A DNA stretch of 64,000 nucleotides, taken from contig CAVVMW010000004.1 in assembly GCA_963749495.1 (NCBI GenBank), positions 608,001 to 672,000 of the forward strand, given 5' to 3'. The translations under genes and the position numbers were made by a program. The DNA is from an uncultured bacterium (GTDB taxonomy: Bacteria > Verrucomicrobiota > Verrucomicrobiia > Limisphaerales > UBA8199). Within the stretch, counting starts at the first letter, position 1. Each line of letters begins with the position of its first letter. The notes beneath the pieces were generated by a model, which was given only the letters and a program-made list of their open reading frames with translations, ran no database searches and was not told the origin of the DNA. This document shows, piece after piece, positions 7,744 through 19,254 of this stretch.

Positions 7744-9427
7744 CCTGAATTCCACGCCAAAAGTATACACTACATTAGTCATCTTGCTTTAGAAGTCTGG
7801 GGTTGATGGCCTTGAGAATGGCCTCCTGGCGTCTGCTGAGTGTGACCACGCGCGAGAGCTTGAACAGATGCTTTGAATCGCGCAGGTAGAACTTTGTACA
7901 TGGTCGCCAGCTCCAGCAAAGCACTTTCGGCAGTGAAATCCGTGGTGCGCAGGCGGTATTGGAGTAAAGACAACAGCAAGTAGGCGAGATAGCAGACAAA
8001 AACGTGAGCGTGGACTCGCTCGGCCAGCCAGTGGCGAATCGGACGTAACTGAGTGATGCCTTTGAGACTGCGGAACGCCTTTTCAACAATGTCTTTGTCG
8101 AAATAGAGCGAGAGCATTTTGTCTTGGGGCAATGAGCGAGTGCAAAAGATGCAGGAGTACCCATCGAACTCCTCGACCGCAGCCAGTTTGCCTGAGAGCA
8201 GACGGCCTCGGCCATCAAAAAGGCGATCCAGTCCGGGCTTGATAGACTTGTTTTGGGCGAGAAGCTTTTGGGCGTACAGAATCTCATCGCGGCGCGACTC
8301 ACGCGCATCTCGCTGCAAGCGTTCGTTAAAGCAAAGGGCCAACTGGCCGCGCACCCCGTCCAGTTGATAGGGGCGAAGGCAGGTATAGAAGACGGTCTGA
8401 CCGACCCGGTGGCGATAAGGCAATTGCATGAGTTGCTGGGGATTGGCCCACGGGCGCCAGAACTTCTTCAACGCGAGATTGAGGGGCACCGCGCACAGGG
8501 TATCCCAGTGCAAACGCTTGATATCGTTGAGGTTTCGACCGGAAACGATCCCTCGGTCGTAGATGAACAGCCCGGGGTCAAGCTGGTAACGAGCGAACAG
8601 GGTGACCAAGTCCTGCAAGGTGCGAGCGTCATGCACATTGCCGTCAAAAACCCGGTGGAAGAGGGGCAAACCTTCTTCCTGCGTCACCCCTAAACCAATT
8701 TGAATCAGGGGCCGGCCTTTGACCTCTTCCTTGTCCTTGCCGGGCTTGGCCAGGGGACAGTGGCGGCCATAGAGATAGGTGTTGGTGACATCATAGATCA
8801 CCCCGGCGGGCCGCAGCCGGTACTGGCGGCAAACGCCCTCAAAGGGGCGCTTCTGCCAGGCTTGGGCGTCCAAAGCTTCCAAACTGTCCAAGGCACCGAC
8901 CAAGCGCCGCTCGGTCAACCCCTCGAGGTTCAAGAGGAAGTTCAGGTCAGTACGCTCGAACCAAGTGGGCATGTGGTTAAGGCTCCGGTAGTCCAGGCAG
9001 TGGGCGTACACCAGGCTGAGGATTTCCCGGCCATAGGCTCCCAAGAGGTCGGGCAATTGGATTTCGGTGGCCAACTGGTGCAGCACCAAGAGTGGACCGT
9101 AAAGTTTGACCTGTTCGACCTCGACGTCCGACATGGAGGCAGAGAGGACGGTGCGACCATCGCTTTGCTTGCCGACATAGCGGATGAAACGCTGCACGAC
9201 CTTGTTTCCGACCCGGCAGCTTTCCACCTCGGCGAGGTAGGTTTTGTCGCCCTTTTTGATCTTGCGTATAAAGCTCATGTAGTGAATAATATAACCACTA
9301 CGGATGAGTAGCGCAAGCATTTTCTGAAAAAAAGAAAAACGCTTGGGAACCCTGTAAAATCAGCGTAAATTGAGGGTGGAGAGTCCCTCAACAATTTGTA
9401 GTGTATATTTTACGCGTGGAGGTCAGG
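7744..9427 (-). mobile_element. IS1634-family element with 31-bp imperfect inverted repeats; no target duplication
   Basis: CCTGAATTCCACGCCAAAAGTATACACTACA versus CCTGACCTCCACGCGTAAAATATACACTACA. Confidence 0.85.
7779..9279 (-). CDS. IS1634-family transposase (apparent frameshift near the C-terminus)
   Basis: MSFIRKIKKGDKTYL, IYDVTNTY, YDRG and VEKAFRSLK..LRPIRHW..RVHAHVFVCYLAY motifs. Confidence 0.88.
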
Positions 9428-10778
9428 GTTTGAGATGTTCCCCGACGGGCCGAGTATATCCCAGGTAATGGTGGCTTTGGAGTAGCCGGTCAAAAAGTCC
9501 CTCCTCAGCCGTGCGGCGCACTTGCCGGATTTCCAAGGGCCCAACTGGCCCAGAGAACATTCCAGCGGCGCGGGCTCCAGCGGCAATTCCAGTTCGGGCG
9601 AGACCGGCCGCCAATGAGCCGTCGCATTGTTGGGCGGCGACATCCGCTTGGCCGGCAGTTGCAGGTGGCCCGCCCGGTGTAGCTCCAGCATCAGGCTCCG
9701 GGCGACCATGTCGCGCGGCTGGCCATTGGGCTGCACCCAGTTCCAGGCCTCGCATAGCTTGGCCGAGAGCCGCCGCCGGCTCAAACCCCGATGGGCGGCG
9801 ACTAACTGCCGGATCGATTCAATCTCGGCGGCACTGTAGTCGCGCCCGCGATAACGAAATGCGCTCTGCACGGGCGCCAGAATACGCGCTCAGGATCTGG
9901 AACGCAAGGGCGTTGTGCGATCTTTGTGCGGCCGGCGCATTTAAGCCGTCGGCGCAATCGGACGCCACATCGGCGCCGCTTGGGCCTGGCTGGGATTGCC
10001 ATTCCACAGCAACAACTGCAGTTGATGCACATCCAGACCCAACGTCGCTTGCTGGCTGGGGCTGGGCCACCAATTAAAGCGCCCCTGCGAGAGTCGCTTC
10101 TGGCACAGCCAAAATCCCTGGCCGTCACACACCAGCAGTTTAAGGGCTTGGCGCCGTCGATTTGAAAAGACGAACCACCCGCCCGCTAAAGGATCGGCGG
10201 CGAGCCTTTGGCGGCAGACCGCCACCAGCCCATCGATGCCCTTGCGAAAGTCCACCGGCTCGACCGCCAGCAGCAAACGCATTTGCGGGGTCAGTTGGAT
10301 CACGGCCGCTGCCTCCACAGCCCTTGGGCCAAGGCCAGCACGGTGGCAGCATCACCGCAAGCCAGGCGCACCGTCATTTTGGCGCCGCGGTGATCCTCCA
10401 GTTCAATGCTCCACGGCGCCCCGCCTGGCCACGGAGGCACCGCCACCTCCACGAACCCAGCAGATGGGTTGCCCGCCAGCACCGGTGCCCTCCCGGCCAG
10501 AGTGCGCTGCCGCAGCGCGGTGTAATTGAGACGGAGTGCTCGGGCCACCGGACTCACGCCGTGTGACTGGGCCAAGGGCACAATCAGCCGCCACAAGTTC
10601 TCAGGAATAGCTTCTCGGTGCCGTCGCCGCTGCCGCCAGGCCGCCAGGGCCGGTTGCACCCGTGCCAAGCCGACCGCCAAGGCGGGGTCGGACGACGCTG
10701 CTCTCGTCGCTGCCATAATCTGGCAGCAAGACTACCCTGCCCACCGCAACCGGGCACGCATCCTTGCCGAAGCATCAC
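9428..10778 (-). mobile_element. Truncated IS66-like element, copy 1 (tnpA-like 10300..10716, tnpB 9941..10303, 5' part of DUF4338-like ORF)
   Basis: Near-identical inverted copy of 32995-34346; terminus GTGATGCTTCGGCAAG; cut by IS1634 at 9428. Confidence 0.9.
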
Positions 10779-11718
10779 GCACTTTCCCGCCCTTGCCAAC
10801 AGGGGGCAGGAGCACAAAACCTGGTCTGGCTCCGCGATATTCGTGACGAAGACAGACCCTGAATTTCCAGACACGCTAAGGACCGAGACCACACTCAACG
10901 GCCAGACCATCGAATGCCACAACCGAGGCGGTCTCTGCTTCGAGGAGGCGGACGGCTTCTCGGTTTGGGGTCGCAAGACAGCGGAAGACTTGTTCGAAGT
11001 GAGCTGGGCACTCCCCAGGAGTGCCGCCACGAAGACGACCGCTTGGCGTTGGGCAGAGGGGGCACGGAGGGCACTGTCGATCCTGTTTGCTCAGACCATC
11101 TGGACCGTTAAGACTTCAGTCGGGCGCGGTGCTATGGAGATCACCGAGTTGAGACGAAGAAAGGAGGTCCACACCCTGAGCCATTTTCACAAGCCCCTTA
11201 CGGACTTCGATCCCCCCGATCAATGGAAGTTCAACCGGACCGCCTTCATCCAGCTCACTCGGTTTTTCGCGGGCCACAACCCGCACGCTGAAATCTGTTG
11301 GTCCATTTTCCGACGCCTCGCGGAGGCTTCCCAACAAGAAACGTGGGAAGCACGAGAACTGCTCGCCGGGACCACTCTGGAAGCCGTGCTGCGCACCCTG
11401 GACAATCATCCTTTTGCGTCCGGCGATTACTCGTGGAAGATTAAGCAGAGTCTCGCATCATTCCGCCAGGCCCACCTCGATGCAGCCTGGGAACCAGCTT
11501 GCGAAAAAGCACTGGTTGTGCGAAACCGCCTACGTCACCGCAACGCGCATCCAGATTGGATCACCCACCCCGGAGGCTTATTCTCCAAACCGGAATGGCG
11601 TCAATCGCTCGAAGATCTCACTTTTCTCAGCCGCTTCTACGGTTACATGATCCTGGCGCTTGCCGGCTTCAAAGGGCTGCAACCCAGATTTCCTGTGTTG
11701 CGTTTCAAATCGCCCTAA
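10779..11718 (+). pseudogene. HEPN-domain protein (ApeA-like), 5'-truncated by IS66
   Basis: C-terminal LEA..RNRLRHRNAH (Rx4H); the N-terminus of the listed ORF is IS sequence. Confidence 0.55.
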
Positions 11719-12066
11719 CACCGAAATCCACTTTTCTCTTTCGCGGACGGGTTGGCGCGGCCTCGGTTATCCGGGCCGGGCTTGAGGTTCAACAGGAGGC
11801 CACTGACGATGAACAGCGGCAGATTTTGGGTTCCGAGCATGGCGTCTTTTCATGGGGCCAGTGGCAGGGCAAAGTCGGGGCTTTGCACATGGCTTGCGCG
11901 GCTCGGCGGCGGTAGCCCCACCCTCCAACGACGCCCCGGCAAGGGTCCCATCGCCTGCATCACCCTCGTCCACATGACGCATCCAATATTCATGAAAGGC
12001 ATGGATATCTGGTTGCGTGCGCCCTCAACGCCACCGGCCCTTTTTGCACGCCGCCGCCATTGTGCG

Positions 12067-14150
12067 TCAGACGTGCGGAACACCATAGATGCGCGCTCGG
12101 CGTTGGAATGCTTCGCGTGATCCTTCCAGAAGTGCGCACGCAGCCTCTCGCGTTTCCGGATCATCAATTGAGCCTCTCGACACGATAATCCCTTGTTCAT
12201 TCGACGCGCGCAAAACGACAATTTGCTCGGCATCGCCGAGCACCGCGATGTTTGCGTTGTGTGTAACGACAATGACCTGACGCCGCTCTTTGGCTCTGCG
12301 CAGGACTGGTATGACACTCTGGTAGATGAATTCGCCGTCGAGATTATCCTCCGGCTGGTCAATAATGAGCGGGTCGTTACTGTCAGCAGAGAGCATGACG
12401 GCGAGCAGAACGGATTGTTGTTGGCCGAGCGATAGCTGGCGGGATTCTCGCGTCCTCGGGTGCTTTTTCCCAGTTCCATTTGTTACGAGCTTGGTCACCG
12501 TGAGCCGGGGACGGTCAAACACCTCCGCCCGCTCAAGCCTGAAGCGAACCGGATCTGGCGAGAGTTTTTCGAAGACGCCTACCGCGTCCGCTTTATTGAA
12601 AATATTGACACCTTCATCTGTCGTCAGCGCCTGCAGGGGTGCGGTGTCTTTGCGTGCGATCGCATCGAGTAGTTTTGGAAGCGTGAGTGTTTCCGTCAGA
12701 GCGGCCGCGCGCGGCACCTGTAACGTGCGCCATCCCATTGCTTCAACGATGATCTCATTGGCCCCAGATGAGTATCCGTTTTCGTCGAACTTCAGGGTCA
12801 CGTTCATACCTGCAAGCGCAGCACGCAAGGCGCTACTGGCCTTGTGGCCGAAAGCGGCCCTCTTCATGGCAATGCGCGCACGTATCCCCCAGCGCTCTTT
12901 TAAAGCCTCTTTTCGCTCCTTCCAGAGACCCTCAAGATGGGGTTTCCACGATTTGAGATTTTTCACGTCCTGTTTAAACCTGGCCTCATCCGTAGCAAGT
13001 TTTTGTATGTAGGCCATGTCCACCCGGATGCCCTGTGCCTTGAGTTCGCGCTTCTTATCCTCGATCTGCTTAACAATGGTTTGTTCCTTAGTCTTCCAAG
13101 CCGAAAGCTGAGCATTGATGACGGCACAGAGCTTTGCCACATTGCCTTGCGCGGCGCTCTCCAAGGCCGCAATAGCATTTTCGAAGACGCCAGCTTGGGT
13201 AGAGATTACAGAGAATTCAGCGCTGCCGACAACGAGCGCCTTAGGGTCAGCAGCCGTCCTAAGGGTGCTAATGTTGTCCTTGATATCCTGCTGGGACGTG
13301 CCGCGTGATATTCCTTGGGCAGCCGTCGAAATCACCTGCCGAACCTGACGTTCCTCCTCGACCTTTCTTTGAAGTCCTATAATATCCTTCGCCTTGGCCT
13401 TCTCCAGGGCCTGAATTTGGGACTGCGCGAGAGCAAGAGAACGTTCAAATTGTGGAATGAGTTCGACCTTCCGGACAGCTTCCTCAATTTTCGACTGCAG
13501 GTCGAGAAGCTTTTGCCGCAACTCTCCATCGCGAGCCGCTTCCACTCGAACGTCGATGAAGCGATCAAGATAATCGAGAAGCGCTGAAGGATCCGTCTGA
13601 GCTCGCTGGCTGATCTGCTGCGTCTCACCCTGGCCGTAGCATTCCAGGGGAAAAGAAGCCGGACCTTCAAAAGGATCGTCGGCGCTTTCTACTTCGCCGC
13701 CGCGTGCGCGAGTGACATGGTGTATCTGACCAGCTTGGTCTTCAACGAGGAGATCCACCTGATCAGGCCACACATCTGAATCGATGACGATTGTTTGGCT
13801 CGGGTGCCCAGTCAGACAGCGGATCGCTTCGAAGGTTAAAGACCTGCCGGTGCCGCGACCGCCAATGATGCAGTTGAGATTCGGTCCGAAGTGGATACAT
13901 TGCCTATCCAAAAATCCGCCGGACATGCGTATGCCTTTGATGAATGGCACGGCAAGAGGGATTTCATCTTCGATGCGAACGCGCGCGCCGCTGTCGTCAA
14001 GGGCGATGCGCAGGCTTTCGAAGGTGAGGGCGTTCATCTTATATTTGGTGACTCTGCGGGCACCACTTGCATTGCGGCCGAGCGCCTGGAGAGTGTGCGC
14101 GTCCGAATTCAGCACACGGGCAATACACTGATGTGTGCCGAGAACGAGGC
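12067..14150 (-). pseudogene. PHP-domain/SMC-like ATPase (TrlF/Ppl-like), N-terminally truncated
   Basis: Residual PHP NSDAH motif, Walker A GGRGTGRS (K to R), coiled coil, LSLGQ, IIDQPEDNLD, THN. Confidence 0.75.
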
Positions 14151-14737
14151 ATCTATTTCTCAGGACGCTCGAAGAGGACCTGGTGGCCACTCCGTTGCGG
14201 ATTGGCGCTTACCACGATCTTCCGTTCGCCATCTTCCGTTACGATCCCGCGGAAGAGTTCGAGTTGCGAAAGCAACTCCGGCTTTTCGCGTTTGGCCTTG
14301 AGCAAAACCACGGAAAACAGGTTCGATTCATTTCCCTCGCCCGGTTGGTTTGGAATGTCGTTTCCGGACCCAAGGAGCTCGCCGAACTCCACAAAGTCGA
14401 GCAAAAACGCGGATTCGAAGCCGCTCAGAAGCACCTCCACAGCATCCTGTCCAGCCCGCACTTTCGCCCGATTGCCGATGAAGTCCTGGCCGCCATGAAC
14501 GGCCTGTCCCCCGCCAAAGACATGGTCTTCCTCGTGCGCGCCGGGGCCTTGGCGCCCGGCATTTTCCGCTCTTCGGCCCTCCTGAATGACCTGCACCGCC
14601 GGACCATGGTCCCCATTATCTTCTTCTACCCGGGCTCGGCCCAGCATGCCACCGATCTCAGTTTTTATGACCTGCCGGCGGACACCAGCCAGGGTGTTTA
14701 CAACTACCGGGTGAAAATTTACGGAGTCCAACCATGA
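14135..14737 (+). CDS. brxB: BREX BrxB (DUF1788-like) protein; 5' end possibly lost
   Basis: YHDLPFAIFRYDPAEE and FFYPG motifs; overlaps the brxC start. Confidence 0.75.
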   Translation: MPRTRHLFLRTLEEDLVATPLRIGAYHDLPFAIFRYDPAEEFELRKQLRLFAFGLEQNHGKQVRFISLARLVWNVVSGPKELAELHKVEQKRGFEAAQKHLHSILSSPHFRPIADEVLAAMNGLSPAKDMVFLVRAGALAPGIFRSSALLNDLHRRTMVPIIFFYPGSAQHATDLSFYDLPADTSQGVYNYRVKIYGVQP

Positions 14738-17700
14738 AAAAGATTCGCGAGATCTTCTCAAAACCGATTGATCGCACCATCGAGGAGGTCATCAAGGTCG
14801 AGCAGGCCGACGAGAAGGCCGTCCTGGTTGAGCTGGAGGAATACATCCCGACGGACTATCTCCGCGAGCAATACACCCGAGTTTACGACGAAATCGCCTC
14901 TGGACCCGCCAATCCGCGCGAGGGCATCGGCATCTGGGTGTCCGGCTTTTTTGGCTCCGGCAAGTCCCTCTTCGCCAAGGTTCTCGGTTACACCGTTGCC
15001 GCGAGAAAGGTCGGCCCCAAGACAGCGGCCGAGATCTTCAAAGCCAAGCTCCAAGACCCGAGGCCCGCCGCGTTTCTCGACTCGATCACCACGCGCATCC
15101 CCTTTCGCGCGGTCATTTTTGATGTGAGCATGGACCGCGGCGTCCGCTTGGCCAACGAGCGCCTGACCGAGATCATTTATAAGGCTCTGCTGCGGGAGCT
15201 CGGCTACGCCGAGGACTTCGACCTTGCCGAGTTGGAGATCGCGCTCGAAGGTGACGGGAAGCTCGACGCCTTCCAGAGGAAATTCCAGCAGCTCCATGGG
15301 GAGCCGTGGGAAAAACGCCGCCTGTTGGGCCTGGCGCTCAACGAGGCCAGCGAGGTCCTTCATGAGCTCAGCCGAAAGACCTACCCTACCGCCGATTCAT
15401 ACGCGAACAGCGTCGGCCGTGGCCGCGCGGACATCGATCCCAACAAGCTGGCCAAACGCGCTTACGACCTCGTCGCCCGCCGTTGCCCGGGCCACGCCAT
15501 CGTGTTCATCATCAATGAGGTCGGCCAATACGTTTCCCGGAGCATCGATAAGATGCTCGACCTGATGGGCATCGTTCAGGCCCTCGGCGTCGAGAGCAAG
15601 AGCCGCGTCGAGCACAAGCAGGCCGTCTCGCCCTGCTGGATGGTCGTCACCTCCCAGGAAAAGCTCGACGAGGTGGTTAACGCGCTCGATTCCAAGAAAA
15701 TCGAACTCGCCCGCCTCCAGGACCGGTTCCGGCTCACGGTGGATTTGAAACAGTCGGACATCGCCGAAATCACCGCCAAGCGTGTCCTCGAAAAGAAAGC
15801 GGATGCTGCCGCTGTCTTGAGCAGGCTTTACGGTGAAAACGAAGGCCAGCTCAAGGAGTTCGCCGCCCTCGAGCGCACCAGCCGCGACACCAGCACTACC
15901 CCCGATACCTTCGTCAGGCTCTACCCTTACGTGCCTTACCAGATCGAGCTGTGCGTGGACATTGTCGCCAGCCTCCGTCTCCGCCGCGGCGCGCATCGCC
16001 ATGTCGGCGGCAGCAATCGCACGATCATCAAGCAGGCCCAGGAGTTGATGATCAACCCGCGCACCCGCTTGGCCGAAGCCGATATCGGCAACCTGGTCAC
16101 GCTCAACAAGGTCTATGAGTTGCTCTACCTGGGCAACCTGCTGCCCAGCGAGGTGAGCCGCGAGATTGACGAGGTCGCCAAGAACCTGCCCGGCCAGGAG
16201 ATGGCCCTCAAGGTCGCCAAAGCCGTTGCGCTGCTCGAACCGGTCAAGGACCTGCCGCGCACTCCTCACAACCTGGCCGTCGTCCTTTACCCGTCCGTCA
16301 CCTCCAACTCCATTCTGCCCGAGGTTGAGAAAGCCATCGCCGCGCTGGAAAAGGCCCAAGTCATTCGGAATTCGGAGGAGGGCTACAAGCTCCTGACCGT
16401 GCAGGAGAAGACCTGGGACACGCGGCGCAATGGCCTCGACCCCCGGGAGGCCGACCGCAACCGCATCAAGCGCGAAGTCCTAAAGGAGATCTTCTCCGAC
16501 CCCAAGCTCCGCGCCTATCGCTGGCAGGAGCTCCGCACGTTCAAGAATACGCTGGTGGTCGAAGGAGACACCGTCGAGGCCGACGGTGAAATCCCGCTCA
16601 ACCTTCTGCTGGCAGATTCACCGGAGTTGCGCGCCGAGCGGCTCGGAGAGGCTCGCGACGGTAGCAACAGCCACCGCGACGACATCTTCTGGGTCGTCAC
16701 CCAGACCGATGAAATCCATTCCCTCACCGCCGAGGTCTTTCGCTCGCGTGAAATGGTCGGCGAATACGAGCGCCTCGCCTCCCAGCAGCGCCTGACTCCC
16801 GAGGAATCGTCCTGCCTGGCCGAGGAGAAGAACCGCCGCGATGGTCATTACCGTAACCTCCGCAAGAAGATGCTCGAAGCCGTTCAGGCCGGGACCGGGT
16901 TCTTCCAGGGGGTTCAGCACGATGCAGCTACCCTCGGCAAGACCTTCGTCGATGTCTTTCACAAGCTGTTCGACCTCGTGGTTCCCCAGCTCTATCCGCG
17001 GCTCGAAATCGGTGTCCTGCCCCTCGACGGCGACGAACCGGAGAAACTCCTCACCTCCGCCAACCTGAACGGGCTGCCCCAGGTCTTCTATGGCGAGAAA
17101 CCCGAACGCAGCCTTGTGGTCAAGCAGAGCGGCAAATACGTCCCCAACCTCGGGGCCGACCTCTGCCGCGAAATCCTCGATCATCTCCGGAAAGAGCATG
17201 CATACGGCAACAAGGTCACCGGCAAGATGCTCGAGAACCACTTCAGCGGCATCGGCTACGGCTGGGAGCGCGACTCCATTCGCCTGGGCCTGGCGGTCCT
17301 TTTCCGCGGCGGGGCTGTGGAGGTCACCCACCAGGGCCGCAAATACCGCAACTACAGCGACCCCACATGCCGGCCGCCCTTCGTCAATAATCCCTCCTTC
17401 CGCGCGGCCTCGTTTGCGCCCCGGGAGACACTAGACCTCAAGATCCTCGCCAAAGCCGCCCAAGCTTATGAGGAAATCACGGGCAGGGACGTGAACATCG
17501 AAGAGGGCGACATAGCCAACGCCTTCCGCCAGGTTGCCGCCGCCGACCGCGAGAAACTGCTCCCCCTGGCCGCCCGCCTCAAGGCGCTCAAGGTGCCCGG
17601 CGCGGATGCGGTTTCTGCGCACCTCGAATGGATCGAGGGCATCCTCGAAATGGCCCCGGACGATTGCGTGAAGACACTCGCCGGCGAGGGTAAGTCCTAT

Positions 17701-18381
17701 CTCGAGGGCCGCAAGAGAGCAACCGCGCTGGAGGGGCTCGCCACCGAGGCGAACCTTCAGACGCTCGACACAGCCCGGCGCGTCTTGAGTGAGCAATGGC
17801 CTGTCCTTGCCGGCCACTCACCCGACCCGGAACTGGCACGAACCGCAGGGGTCCTCACGGAGGCGCTGGCCGCCGACAACGCGCTGGAGCAGTTGGAGAG
17901 AATCCGCCAGGCCGCCGAGACCCTGGCCGGCGAATACGCGGTGCTCTACCGCAGCACGTCTGAAAAGCGCGACAGGGTTTACGAGGCCGCCATCGAACAG
18001 GTGAAGGGGCTTCCCGAATGGGACGCCATCTGCAAGGACGCCGATGTTACGGAACTGGAACGTGAAGGCCTGCTTGCGCCGCTCAAGTCCCGTTTCAGCG
18101 GCAAACTCGATCTTCCGCCGGGCGCCACCGTCTGTCGAAATACCCGAGCGACGGTTTCTCAGATGGAGAGCGACATTGCCGCGGTCGAAGTGCTCACGCT
18201 CAACGCCATCCGCCGCCTCCAGCAGTTCCTCGAGCCGGAGGAGAGGGTGGAACGGTTCCGGGTCGCGCAGCACATCACTGGCAAAATCACCACGGAACAG
18301 GAGCTTGACGCCGCCCTTGCCGCCCTCCGCGAAAAGCTCGCGAAGCTCCTGGCCCAGGGCTGCAAGGTGATTCTGGAGTAA
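14734..18381 (+). CDS. brxC: BREX P-loop ATPase BrxC
   Basis: 1215 aa; IDRTIEEVIKV and GIWVSGFFGSGKS; Walker B reads IINEVGQY. Confidence 0.9.
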   Translation: MKKIREIFSKPIDRTIEEVIKVEQADEKAVLVELEEYIPTDYLREQYTRVYDEIASGPANPREGIGIWVSGFFGSGKSLFAKVLGYTVAARKVGPKTAAEIFKAKLQDPRPAAFLDSITTRIPFRAVIFDVSMDRGVRLANERLTEIIYKALLRELGYAEDFDLAELEIALEGDGKLDAFQRKFQQLHGEPWEKRRLLGLALNEASEVLHELSRKTYPTADSYANSVGRGRADIDPNKLAKRAYDLVARRCPGHAIVFIINEVGQYVSRSIDKMLDLMGIVQALGVESKSRVEHKQAVSPCWMVVTSQEKLDEVVNALDSKKIELARLQDRFRLTVDLKQSDIAEITAKRVLEKKADAAAVLSRLYGENEGQLKEFAALERTSRDTSTTPDTFVRLYPYVPYQIELCVDIVASLRLRRGAHRHVGGSNRTIIKQAQELMINPRTRLAEADIGNLVTLNKVYELLYLGNLLPSEVSREIDEVAKNLPGQEMALKVAKAVALLEPVKDLPRTPHNLAVVLYPSVTSNSILPEVEKAIAALEKAQVIRNSEEGYKLLTVQEKTWDTRRNGLDPREADRNRIKREVLKEIFSDPKLRAYRWQELRTFKNTLVVEGDTVEADGEIPLNLLLADSPELRAERLGEARDGSNSHRDDIFWVVTQTDEIHSLTAEVFRSREMVGEYERLASQQRLTPEESSCLAEEKNRRDGHYRNLRKKMLEAVQAGTGFFQGVQHDAATLGKTFVDVFHKLFDLVVPQLYPRLEIGVLPLDGDEPEKLLTSANLNGLPQVFYGEKPERSLVVKQSGKYVPNLGADLCREILDHLRKEHAYGNKVTGKMLENHFSGIGYGWERDSIRLGLAVLFRGGAVEVTHQGRKYRNYSDPTCRPPFVNNPSFRAASFAPRETLDLKILAKAAQAYEEITGRDVNIEEGDIANAFRQVAAADREKLLPLAARLKALKVPGADAVSAHLEWIEGILEMAPDDCVKTLAGEGKSYLEGRKRATALEGLATEANLQTLDTARRVLSEQWPVLAGHSPDPELARTAGVLTEALAADNALEQLERIRQAAETLAGEYAVLYRSTSEKRDRVYEAAIEQVKGLPEWDAICKDADVTELEREGLLAPLKSRFSGKLDLPPGATVCRNTRATVSQMESDIAAVEVLTLNAIRRLQQFLEPEERVERFRVAQHITGKITTEQELDAALAALREKLAKLLAQGCKVILE

Positions 18382-18384
18382 CCC

Positions 18385-19254
18385 ATGCGCGCCTACGACC
18401 TTGCCATCCAGAATTTCTCGGTCGCCGAGCACCTGCTCCAACTTCACGAACTCTTTCGCGAACTGCATGAGGAAGAGGCAGACAAATCTCTCCGCCTGGC
18501 AGTCTGCCGGTGCCTGGCCCTTCCCGAACAAACCGCCCTTCGCCATGCCCGAAACGACCAACTCGTCCTGGTCGCCAAGGCCACGGCGCCCATCCCGCAC
18601 AGCCTGTTGCTGCCCGACGGCATCAATTTCCTTTTACGCCAGGCGGTCGTCGTTGCCTGCACCGCCCTCGAATCTTTCTTCTGGGACGCTCTCCGGGAAA
18701 ATGTCCTCACCATCGTCCGCGCTCGCAGGCGTGGGGCCGATGAATCCATTCGCAAGCTCACGCTGACTCTGGACGACTACCTTTCCCTGGAAGGCTACGC
18801 CGACCCGGAGGTCCGCCTACAGCAGATCATCCTCAAGAATTTCGAGCGTGGGACCCTCTACGATGCTTCCTCCATCGAACGCATCGCCACTACCCTCACC
18901 GTGAAGGATTTCTGGAAGCTGGTTGCCAAGAAGTGCGGCTCACCCGATAACGATCTCAAGCGCCACATCGGCGAGCTTATCAACCGCCGAAACCAGGTTG
19001 CGCACCGGGCGGACCGCCCAGACGAGCAGGCCAATCCGCCGGAGGAACCGGACAAGCATGGCCTGCGCGCCATCACCTACTCCTGGGTCAATACCCGGGT
19101 GGCCACCGCCCGAAGCGTCGTGTCAGCCAGTGACGATATTTTCAGGGCTACACTCGATCAGCTCAGCGCTCAACTGAAACAGGAGGAGGAGCAGAAGCTG
19201 GCGCGAAAGACGATGCGTACTACTCCGTCATTGGGATTGACTACAGACTTCTAG
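18385..19254 (+). CDS. HEPN-family (RiboL-PSP-like) putative RNase; last residues come from IS630
   Basis: LRQAVVVACTALESF and RRNQVAH motifs. Confidence 0.7.
   Translation: MRAYDLAIQNFSVAEHLLQLHELFRELHEEEADKSLRLAVCRCLALPEQTALRHARNDQLVLVAKATAPIPHSLLLPDGINFLLRQAVVVACTALESFFWDALRENVLTIVRARRRGADESIRKLTLTLDDYLSLEGYADPEVRLQQIILKNFERGTLYDASSIERIATTLTVKDFWKLVAKKCGSPDNDLKRHIGELINRRNQVAHRADRPDEQANPPEEPDKHGLRAITYSWVNTRVATARSVVSASDDIFRATLDQLSAQLKQEEEQKLARKTMRTTPSLGLTTDF

Noticed and set aside
11720..12066. Possible mobile-element remnant between convergent genes
   Set aside because: No terminal repeats or recognisable protein motif.
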